Source: Picochlorum sp. SENEW3 (lineage: Eukaryota). From it: a stretch of 64,000 nucleotides of DNA. Positions 48,357 to 58,531 of this stretch are shown in pieces. The first letter of the stretch is position 1. Each line of letters begins with the position of its first letter. Under the pieces are notes generated by a model, which was given only the letters and a program-made list of their open reading frames with translations, was not told where the DNA came from and searched no databases. A program made the translations under genes and the position numbers. The stretch is taken from the NCBI GenBank assembly GCA_034226945.1, contig CP120453.1, positions 310,001 to 374,000 of the forward strand. Reading direction: 5' to 3'.

Positions 48357-50389
48357 ATGGCAGAGAATGTTGAATTGGACGCTCTGGTGGAGGGAGCCGA
48401 GGAGGAGGAGGAGGAGGAGATAATGCAGGATTATGACGCCATGTTTCCCGAGGAAGAGAATCTTCTGGATGTATTGCTATCGTCGAGTGATGAAGAGGAG
48501 GACAGGGATGGCTCAGAGACATCTCCAAAGGGATCAGCAGCAACAGGTCAGCAGGGCGTGTCTGCTGGACACAAGACGGGAGAGACTCGATCGTCTCCCG
48601 CGAGACAAGTGAGCATGGATTCATCACAGCCTATTGCTCGTCGAACGAGGCAGCATGAGAATTTTTCAAATATTCCAATGGATAATTTGGAAGGATTGTT
48701 AACTGTGGATGAGCAGGAGGAGCTTGGTTTTGGAAAGGTTTTTGATGATGAGGAAGAGTACCAAAAATTCTTGGAGGAGTTGAATGTGGAACGTGATGAA
48801 AACGCTGCTCCAGAGGACTCTGAGGATGAGGATTTTATGCAAGAACTTCGAGAGATGCTGGAGGATCAGATGGATGCTGGTATTCTGGATCAATCATTCA
48901 ATGTGTTTTCAGCTGGAAATTACACGTCTGAAATGCCCATGGAGCAGATAAGTTCCTTATTTCGAAGAACTAGGAGGAAAAAAGCGAGTGATGTGAAGAA
49001 AACAACAGCGGTGCGTCTGCATTTGAGCGTGTGTGTTTTGGTGGTTGTTTAAAGCAGCAGTCTCATTGATTGTGTTTGTTGATTGTGTTGCAGCATCCAA
49101 GGAGATCTCGGCGGATTGATAAAAATGACAAGCGATTGTATGCTGCAAAGCTGGCGGCGAGGAGAAATTATTCACACCCGAATACATCGCAGCACACGTT
49201 TCTGAAAGAATGGGATACATTGGCTGTTTTGATGATGGGGGATCCTCAAGCACGCAGTACAGTGCCATTGGAACAAACGTTCCTTCCATCGGAATTCAAG
49301 CCTGGAATGTACGAAGATCTATCTAAGCACGTCGTCTGGAGACAGCCTTTACCAAATATTGTGAGAAAATCGCACTCAGAGTTGATTGGACGACAGAAGA
49401 AAGATGCTGACACTGAGCCACAACAGACAATTTCCTACTTTTCAGAAGAACAAAAAATTATGCTCGCCAACCATATCAGCGAGCATTTACAGCTATTGGT
49501 GCAAGTATTTTTACTTGGAGCTATGCAAGGGGACGAGAATGTGGTGAAAGAATCAAAGGACATGCTCATCCAGTTTGTTGGAGAGCAAGGCTCTGAAGAG
49601 CCTCTGTACCTGAAAATTATCCGCACCCATTGGAATCGGCCTGGCAGTACTCCATGGAAGCCTTGTATCCATGAAATTCTTAGTATTGTGGAAACCCATA
49701 ATTTTGAGACCCCAGACGCCGCTCGAAAACGGAAGAGCAGCAAGGCACTATGGTCATGCTTACCATATGGACTCTTGGGGAAACTGGCAAATATTCGGCG
49801 CAACTTTTCTCGAGAGAAAGAGCCTGCTGAAATACACTGGAACAGTAGGCTGACGTTCTGTCCCTCGGAAGATAGATTGTTAGCTTGGGGTATTCTCAAG
49901 TACGTTGCTTGACGTGTTATTATTATATATATAGAAGAGATTACAATCATGTGTGATTCTGTAGGTATGCATACGATTGGAAAAAGATTCAAGAGAACCT
50001 TTTGCCAACAAAAACTGTGGACCAACTCTTCATCCGTAAGAAAAACTGCGTCGGACAGGGCAAAACTGGAATCATCAAGGTGCGTTTGACACGTCGAGAC
50101 CCCTACTGTAGCATGTATTGTAGTTACCAAGGCATGGCGTGTGATGATGCAGGATGTTGTCACCAGTATAACCATGCCTCTAACACCGGCAGAAATCAAC
50201 GTCATCAAGCAAGCATTGTATTATTATGGTGAAAAAGTAACAGGGAGATGGGAGATTATTTGCAAAAATCATCTTCCCTATCGACATCCAAAGTGCCTTG
50301 CAAATCTGTGGGCAGAGCATTCAAAAGCCAAACCCACAGTACCATCAAGCAAAGATTACATGATCCGAATGGTACCCAAAAATTCATAA
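48357..50389 (+). CDS. DUO3: DUO3/GON4L-like transcriptional regulator with Myb/SANT-like domains
   Basis: Introns 49011-49093, 49900-49964 and 50080-50152. Contains PIARRTR, DEEEYQKFL, FCPSEDRLLAWGILKY..DWKKIQENLLP.KT..QLFIRKKN and PLTPAE..LPYRHP, which parallel plant DUO3/GON-4. Confidence 0.8.
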
Positions 50390-51107
50390 GCACACAGATA
50401 TACATGATGTGTAAAGAAGAAATCTTCTTGTGAGTAGAAGAAATTTTTGTGAATCATGTGTAAAAGAAACAAGAAAAAACAAGGCCGAGAAGGCAATCTG
50501 TGTGGACCCAGCAGCAGACTGTGCAAAAGTGTGCTGTGGCAACTCGAACGCTGAAAACTGCTACATCAAGTCCCTGACGTGCACCTCCACAGGTACCAAG
50601 TGTGAATGCTAGACCACGATAGACATACATCGTAGCCGCGGATACGATGCATCCGAGTTGAGAGTCCCAGGTCCTGCAGATGCAGGACCCCAATTTTGTA
50701 AACCCCCTTCCCATCAACGTACGCATTTGAACGGCATAACCAACTCCATGCCTTGTGGCACAGCATGCGTGCATGTATAGATTCCTTCCCCACAATGGCA
50801 TAGATACCTGTTCAAAACGTATTTTATATCAACATATCGTCTCCGTCAGGTTGTTCCTGAGCCATTCCACCTGAGCGGCTGCTGCATTGGCATCCTTCAG
50901 GCTGGATCGACGTGTTGAAAATTTCACCATTCTGCTTGATTGAGATTGCTTTACATGATTTTTACTATTCAGATTCTGAATTGAAGTCATCAGATCAGCA
51001 CAAATCCAGTTTTGAATCGATTTACAAAGGGTCGCTCGAGGGGGTCGTCTGTACGAAGACGCCAGGGTTGGATATTGAACGTCTCAGAGGATATACGCAT
51101 AGTTACA

Positions 51108-52519
51108 ATGATTCCTAGTGACAGTGAGAGTGATTTAAGGCCTAAAGTTGCCATGAACGGCAACGGAGGTCGTGCGAATACCAATGACGACGAGGACGTT
51201 GTCGTCGAACAGGATCCAGAGGGTACGTTTTCCCTTGTCTGTTGGTGTATGTTTCAATATATAGTGATAAAGATTGCTATGGGAGTGCAGGGAGGTTCTC
51301 TCGGTATGGAACTGTGGCTGGCTCTGGTAGATTTAAGACTGTCTACAAGGCCTTCGACGAACGACGAGGGGTGGATGTTGCGTGGAGTAAGATTGGCGCT
51401 CGGGATAACGATTTATCAGTTGATCAGACTGATAGAGTCGCTGAAGAGCTGTCCAATGGCGTAGGTTTGGATCATGCACACGTGATTAAAATGTATCGGT
51501 GTTGGTCAGATCATGAGGCTGAATGCATCAATTCAATTACAGAGTTTTTCACGTCAGGAAATCTGCGTGAATATTGTCAGAAGCATAAAAAGACCTTGGA
51601 TATCAAAGCAGTGAAGAAGTGGGGGAGACAGATTCTTCAAGGCCTTTTGTATTTGCATCAACATGATCCCCCTGTTGTGCATGGAGATCTCCGTACGGAC
51701 AAAATCTACATTAATGGGTACACGGGGGAAATAAAAATAGGTGATTTAGGATTGGCAGAGTTAGCACCTAGAAGGTTTGAGCCGGGAGTGATGCCAGAGG
51801 GTGAGCCCTCTGATCAGTACACCGAGTCGGTTGATGTTTTTGCATTTGGTCTGGTCATGCTCGAGTTAGTGACACGTACAATTATTGACAGACGTAGTAC
51901 TGTTTGGAATGATATTCTGGATGCTGTGAAGGATCCAGCGGCGAAGGAATTCATCACGAGGTGTCTTGCAAAATCTGATGAACGGCCCTCTGTGAGTGAT
52001 TTATTGCGAGATCCATTCTTGGCACCACCTGCTCGAAAGGCGACATCGGCTGATCAGTTGGAATCCCATCATCTGGAGAAGCATGATATGACGATATCTG
52101 ATGATGGCATAGCTTCAAAGTCCGAGGAGTGTTTAGGGAAACTGGAAAATACCTTTGATAGTATGGTGAAGCTGTCACCAGTGAGGAGGAGCACCGATAA
52201 GGAGCATGTACGAGCTGAAATATGTGAGGCTGGACATATCAGGGGAGAGGATTATTTCTTCCAATTTACTGGGAAAATCAAAGATGGGAAACTTCATTTC
52301 CGATTACATATGCAGTATGAAGGTGATGAAGAAGATGAGGAGCACCAAAATGGCACCTCCAAGACTATTGATTTTACCTATGACCCAGAGGAGGACACTC
52401 CGGATGAGATTGCCGAAGAAATCAGCTCTGAGTTCAATTTATCGGCAACGGATCAGGATATATGCGCTGCTGCATTGAAGGAATGGCTTGCAGACCAAGG
52501 ACCTGACCCTCAACGATGA
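51108..52519 (+). CDS. WNK: WNK-family protein kinase-like (probably catalytically impaired)
   Basis: Intron 51223-51290. Contains EQDPEGRFSRY, GSGRFKTVYKAFD (the WNK Lys in subdomain I), VAW, EFFTSGNLR and IKIGDLGLA, plus a C-terminal F.YDPEEDT domain. Confidence 0.88.
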
Positions 52520-52568
52520 TGATGTATGTACATGTCCTACATATTTTGTACCAATACAGGAATATCAT

Positions 52569-53673
52569 TCATAAGAATAGTAAATCTTTCACAATATCCG
52601 TGACAGCATCGTTGCACGACAGAACAGCCAACTGTGTCCCTCGCGATGGACCCTCCTCATTTGTTGACAAAAAGGACACATCTGCATTCCAACACGTCAA
52701 TTCAGAAATTCATCCGGGCATACATATATATATATATAAACCTACCATTCTTGGCCGCTCCAGGATGCGTCTCCATCATAACTTCCGTTTTTCTTGCCTC
52801 TGCATTATTCTCCCCTATCGCATGCCATACCTTTTTGGCAATCTGCTGAATCTCCTGAATCACAATAGTATCCTGCATCTCACCAGTCCCTCTCACCAAC
52901 GCATCAGCCCAATGATCAGCACGTATGACACGAAGAGCAACCTCATCACTCTCAGTCTTGAAAAAACAAGACTCCATCTCATAATACTTGTGCGCATGCA
53001 CACCATAGTCCTCCACCTTTTCCACTGGAATAGACTGATCAGACAGCGACTGTTTCCTTCCCACATGGTCCTCCGGATACGTTCTAAAACTCCCAATAGA
53101 AATCTTCCCAGTCTTGATCGTCTCATGAGGATCAATCACCACAGCCAAGAACGGATCCTGATACTTTTGATTCACCGTCTGTGTCGACACATCAATACCA
53201 GACAACCAACACCCATATCCAGGATGACTATGGTACCATCCAACCACACAATCACTATTTCCAGACCGCTGCAACGCCTCTAAAAACCGTACAATGTACT
53301 CATTCGCCTCCGACTGTGCATTCACCCTCGTCTCTGTCCCTTCAACAGGCAAGGGAAATACATTCAACACATGAAACACCTCATCCTCAATCTTCCCCAG
53401 CAAGAGACCCATAACCTCCAAATTTCCGCCTGAATTCGCATGAATTCCCATTTCTACTACAGCAGAAGCTGTGAAATTAACCCTGCAAGTATCTCAATGA
53501 GATTTCATGTGTAAAGTCGATTTTTTCTTCCTTGTTATAAACCGAGTCAATATCAATATTGCGTACCTCTTAAAGTACTCTACATCCTTTTCCCAAGACC
53601 TGTCTCTAGACGACGCTGGGTTTGTTGCCTGATCCGCAAAGACCCTTTCGGAGGGAGTCAAATTCTGCTCCAT
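52569..53673 (-). CDS. CSN5: COP9 signalosome subunit 5 (JAMM metalloprotease)
   Basis: Introns 53483-53566 and 52682-52745. Contains EVMGLL, PVEGTETRVNAQ, GWYHSHPGYGCWLSGID and C-terminal IVKDLLF. Confidence 0.95.
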
Positions 53674-53755
53674 GTCTCGTGCCTTTTTTTGATTTTATTA
53701 CCAAAACAGATACTCGTCCATCTACACAATGGATACGTATTACTAACTAGTATTA

Positions 53756-54611
53756 TTACAAAATCTTTAACAGCTCGATATCGAATAGCAGGGTCTTATC
53801 CATCATTCCTCGGTTTTGAAGGACAAAATCCAACGATCTCTTCCCAGCAAACGACCCAGGCTCTGGGTAATATCCAGAATACCCCGTCTCAGGATACCCA
53901 ATCTCAGGTGGCACAATAATCCGTCGAATACCTCCAACACGCATTCCTTGTACTGCTTCATTGAATGCAGGGATGACCTTGTCATCCCCCACTGTGAATC
54001 TAAAAAACTCCTTTTCATCCCCTGTAAATGACCCCCCCTTTGCTTTATTACGAGCTTCAAAAATCCTTCCATAATATCCTAGTGTAACACCACTCCAATC
54101 AACCACAACCTTGCTCCCCACAGTAGCAACGTCTGCCTGTTTACCAAATACAAGGTCCTTGTACTGCAGACCAGAGTCTGTCAAGGTAAAGTCTGGATAC
54201 CTGCATTACAAGGCAAGCAAGCAGGCAACAGTATGATGAAGACAAATCTTTTTCTTTAATAAAAAGCAGCAACAACAACATAGTACATACACGGTGCGGG
54301 TCTTTCCGTAATTCTTGTCTTTCAGAGCAGGCATCTGTTCCATCCTCACCTGACCAGCAGCAGCAGAGGCAGCAGGTGTCTCCTGTACGAGCAGCAGAGA
54401 CAGCACTGACGATTCCATCACGAGTCGTCTCCTATATATAGAGAGAGAGTCATTAAGTACAATAGTTGATCAATTATACATCCATCTAGACATGCATTGA
54501 TCCGTCAACGTACCTGGATGTGAGGTACTGGCGTTGAATTCCATCTCGGCTTTTGTCAATGGTAGAAACTCTCGCGTTGCCACTCAACGCCACGATTGTC
54601 GATGTCATCAT
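53756..54611 (-). CDS. FKBP19: Thylakoid-lumen FKBP-type PPIase FKBP19
   Basis: Introns 54432-54513 and 54201-54290. Twin-arginine RRR plus a hydrophobic AxA signal; contains GKTRTVYPDF, GYYGRIFEARNKAKGGSF and DKTLLFDIEL. Confidence 0.9.
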
Positions 54612-54660
54612 CAGAAATATATTACATACTAGTGGATAATATGAAAGGAACAGATACATT

Positions 54661-55332
54661 TCAGCCTATGACTGAGATTTTGAGAATGTTGATTGGTCTT
54701 TTTTCCTTAATCTCGACCAAGGTGAGGACCGACAGGGACCATGCCTGAGGTGCTCCCATGGTGGAACACGTGAGCATTGTTCTGAATTCCACAATGTAGT
54801 ACTTGGTGTCATCCTTTTGGACCTGGCATGCTGTGATGACGTCGATATCCTGTACTGCCTTTTCTACTATAGGGTTGCACGCCATAATGAGTTCCTGCAT
54901 CCCACTGTCTGCATTGTTTGGTATCTTGGTCACATCGGCAAAGGATGTTGTGACCAGTCCTGCTATCGTTCTTGAATCTTCGTCGTCTGGAGATAGAGGC
55001 TGGACGTTGCTATACTGTGTGCTGTTGCTACAGACGCCCATGAGTGTCTCGACAGATGTGTTTCTGTTCAATGGAGGTGGCAATAGTGGTGGTTGGCTGC
55101 TATCAATGGTTTTGGTGCCGTTGGTCTTTGCTTCAGCGTATACTACTACTACTACTCGTTCCATGGTATATAGTAAACCTATGCAGTATATTACTATTCC
55201 AAGTATACGTGCTGATGGTTGCGGAAAGCCGCATTTTCTGTGATGAGAAGAACAACAACAAGAAGAAGTTGTATCCTTTTTTGTTCTCATACTATGATAG
55301 TTGGTCTCTATACCTTGGGTTAGATTGGCCAT
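54661..55332 (-). CDS. Hypothetical membrane/secreted protein, possibly a degenerate cystatin-like fold
   Basis: 223-aa ORF with a hydrophobic segment and VITACQVQ...TKYYIVEF..TC, reminiscent of cystatin QVVAGxxY. TGTAA (ttaca at 54622-54626) follows the stop. Confidence 0.55.
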   Translation of the reverse strand: MANLTQGIETNYHSMRTKKDTTSSCCCSSHHRKCGFPQPSARILGIVIYCIGLLYTMERVVVVVYAEAKTNGTKTIDSSQPPLLPPPLNRNTSVETLMGVCSNSTQYSNVQPLSPDDEDSRTIAGLVTTSFADVTKIPNNADSGMQELIMACNPIVEKAVQDIDVITACQVQKDDTKYYIVEFRTMLTCSTMGAPQAWSLSVLTLVEIKEKRPINILKISVIG

Positions 55333-55412
55333 ACGTTTGATGTGTATAAAATCTCACACGTTCTTGTCCACTATATGTATATATTCTGGACGAGGTGTCG
55401 TCCGATTTTTTT

Positions 55413-55430
55413 CCTCTCTCTCTCTCTCTC
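55413..55430. repeat. (CT)n microsatellite
   Basis: Directly visible in the sequence. Confidence 0.85.
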
Positions 55431-55844
55431 TTGTTATTCTTCTTCTTCTAGTCTTGTGTGCCCTGTGTTGTTGTTTCTTCTCTACCACTGCTACCACTGC
55501 TCGTTCAACTCATACTGCCAGGATAAAATATTTGCAGTATCCATATACTGTTAATGTTTCTTGAATGGTTGGGATTGTTTTTCATGAATTGCGAATGACG
55601 CGGGAAAAATCACAATATGATCATTCCAAGAATGGCCTGGGAGAAGTTCTCTTTGCCATGGATATTGATTTCGTTGTACGTTACATATCTGATAGAATAT
55701 GAATGCAAGCATATGTCTTTTCCAAGACGTGATGATGGAATGGATGCTGAGGAAACAACATTATCAGAAGAAGAAGAAAGAAGAAGAAGATCTGCCTACG
55801 CACCAGTACACATATAGTTGCACATAAACTACCTATACAGTATC

Positions 55845-57569
55845 TCATTGATGTCGTTGCTCTCTGTAGCTTGATCGATGGGCACTGACTACTGAGCGGA
55901 ACGCTTCAACAAACGCATTGGCGCCTCTTCCAGCAGCTGCGGCAAAGGCTCCTACTTTGTTGTTGGTGGCAGTAGTTGTGTTTGTGTCCAGCACCGGTTG
56001 AGCTCCGACACTCCAGTCTTCAACTGCGACAGATGCGGCGTGATGATCATCCACTGATACACCACTCGTTTTCTTCTGCGACAGTGCGTCTGAGGAATCC
56101 ATGTCCACCAAAGCTGCCTGATCAAGGTTGACTGCCAGTGGAATCTTTCTGGGCTGTCCATTGGGTGCCAGTACTCTCTTGGTGGATGATGGAGGCACAT
56201 GAGTGTTTGGAGCTGCGTGAGTTGGTGTAGTCGCAAGTATGCTAGAGGTGTCGCTGTACTGCCGTTGCTCTGGTGAACTCTTCAATGATGGCATGGGGGC
56301 AAACGTTGCTGCTTTTTCTGGAGTAGCCAATGCCGCCTTTGCTTTTGAGGTTGCTTCCACGTGCACATGATATTGGTTCGAACCGTCGCGTTTGCCTTGT
56401 GATTCGGACCTCATGGCTGGGATTCCTTGCGTGTATGCTCCAGAGGCATTCACATGTCCATCTGGTCTGCGTCCCATCAGATCAATCGTTCTGGATGTCG
56501 CGACAATATTGATGACATTTGGTTTGGAGGAGTTCTGAGCAGCTTGGACTATTCCACTTCGAATGATGCGTCCTTCTTGCCTCAAGAGTGCTGCTTGGTG
56601 TAAGAGATAATGCTGCTGTGGGCCAATGACAGATCCAGGTCTGCAGACTCTAATATACCCCATGGCCTCCTCTGCTGTGAAGTCGTAATGCTTCATCATA
56701 TAGCAGCAAATTAAGACTCCTGTTCTTCCAAGTCCAGCTTTGCAATGCACTGCAAGAGCACCAGGCTCGTTCTCTGCAATATGCAAGAACTTTCTGAGGA
56801 TATCATCTGATGGGCATGTGCCGTCCGGGAAATACAAATCGTGATGATTGATCCCATGGGCTGTAAATCGTGCTCCATCATACATCTTCTTATTCAATCG
56901 AACGACAGATGTGATGTTGTTCTTCTTGAAGTAGTCGATGTAGTCCTCTGGTGTGAATGTTCTCCACCCTCCAAAATACTGTGGCTCTCCATATGGGCCT
57001 GCAAAGGCGAGAAATTTGCCAGGTACGATCCAGTTCAAGTCTCCGTTTTCGACTTGCTCATAGAATTCGTATTCCTCACAGTCGAATACCTCTCCCTTGT
57101 GCCAATTGATGAATCCAACCTCCTTGGCCTTTGCCATGCCTTTTAGAATGTCTTCTACAGCAAGAGTATATGATGGAACCCCACACGAAGCATCTCTGAA
57201 CGAACAGAATGGCTCAAGATGACGAACCACTTCATATGCTCTATCAGGACTCATATTCATGTAGATAACCATATAGATACCCACGAGAACGGCGGCATTG
57301 GCCCTCTTGTGAGGATGTGGTCCGACAACAAGATATGCCATTTTCCCCTCCTCTTCCGCCCTGTTCATCAGATGATTCATTCGCTGACAAAACTTCCATG
57401 TATGAGCAAGATTGCATGGGCCAAAATCGGCGCAAAATGGCTCGTACACGAGATCATGGTCCACCCAATAATACAGACTTCCGTCAGGTATCGTTGGAGA
57501 TGGCTTTGATGGTGTTTTCGTGAAATGCAGGTGCAACAGTCCCGGAATAACTTCTGCTTCTCCGTTCAT
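55845..57569 (-). CDS. CDC14: Dual-specificity phosphatase CDC14
   Basis: Motifs YEPFCADFGP, FRDAS, ENGDLNWIVPGKF, FPDG, HCKAGLGRTG and RPGSVIGPQQ. Confidence 0.95.
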   Translation of the reverse strand: MNGEAEVIPGLLHLHFTKTPSKPSPTIPDGSLYYWVDHDLVYEPFCADFGPCNLAHTWKFCQRMNHLMNRAEEEGKMAYLVVGPHPHKRANAAVLVGIYMVIYMNMSPDRAYEVVRHLEPFCSFRDASCGVPSYTLAVEDILKGMAKAKEVGFINWHKGEVFDCEEYEFYEQVENGDLNWIVPGKFLAFAGPYGEPQYFGGWRTFTPEDYIDYFKKNNITSVVRLNKKMYDGARFTAHGINHHDLYFPDGTCPSDDILRKFLHIAENEPGALAVHCKAGLGRTGVLICCYMMKHYDFTAEEAMGYIRVCRPGSVIGPQQHYLLHQAALLRQEGRIIRSGIVQAAQNSSKPNVINIVATSRTIDLMGRRPDGHVNASGAYTQGIPAMRSESQGKRDGSNQYHVHVEATSKAKAALATPEKAATFAPMPSLKSSPEQRQYSDTSSILATTPTHAAPNTHVPPSSTKRVLAPNGQPRKIPLAVNLDQAALVDMDSSDALSQKKTSGVSVDDHHAASVAVEDWSVGAQPVLDTNTTTATNNKVGAFAAAAGRGANAFVEAFRSVVSAHRSSYREQRHQ

Positions 57570-58531
57570 GATTGAAATACGCGTATCTCTGCATCGGAAT
57601 GTTCATATCAATGGGTTAATGTTTGGGTCACTCTCACTCTTTGGACAATGTCACCATTCGTCTATCGGTGCAACGATGCATTTCCCCGATGTGGGGAAAG
57701 ATAGCATCTTAGCACCCAAAAATTCAATAAAATGGCTATAATAAACTGTCAAAATGACAAGCATGCCCGAAGCAAGGCCGTAGCGCACCTTTTGGTCAAT
57801 CTCTCAGAGACAGATCTCGCTTGGCAGTCAAGTATCAGATCGCGCGTGCTTAACGATCCAAACCCCAATAAAACTACTTTTTATAGTCTCAAAATATTAT
57901 TTGAGGCACGAGCAAGACTATTCTGCGCAGACTGATCGACTCAACAAGCGAATCTATAGAATGCACCCAACTGTGAACGAACTGAATCTATCTACGAACA
58001 CAACAGCGGTACCTAATTATCCTCAAAATGAAATGTAATTGCACTCATATATAAGAAAGGATAATACTTAATGGCTTGAGCACGGCCTTTCTGTACATAT
58101 AACGTCAAGGAGCGAATGCCAAAAATGTCGCGACTCCCGGATCGGTCCGACGATGCGGGCGCCACCGACCCTGCAAGGGCAATACACCGCATCCCCGGTC
58201 AGACCTCTCATTGACCGACCTATTTGTGTTAGATCATGCTTTTTTTCTTATACCGGGACCAAACCTTTTGCTCGCAAGTAGCGAGTATCTCGACAGAGCT
58301 CCTTTTGCAGATTGAAATCGAAATCAGCAGCAGTATACTATACTATGTATCTGGTGACGCGCATATGGGGTTGACCAACAAATTGTTGTAGCACCCTAGA
58401 GCACTTTTTTGATGGGTGCCATTGTTGTCGAAAAGAGAAACGCTACTGTGATATGGACACAATCTATATCTATATATAATCGATGATACTCATAGAATAT
58501 TATTATAGAGGAATTTTCACGCATTGACCGC

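Noticed and set aside
50454..50930. Minus-strand frame MVKFSTRR...ETIC-TGA-YKIRFEQ continuing in frame into ORF 50454-50801 (possible Cys-Sec selenoprotein)
   Set aside because: It resembles no selenoprotein family I know, no SECIS-like element is visible downstream, and the distal part is simply antisense to the Cys-rich ORF.
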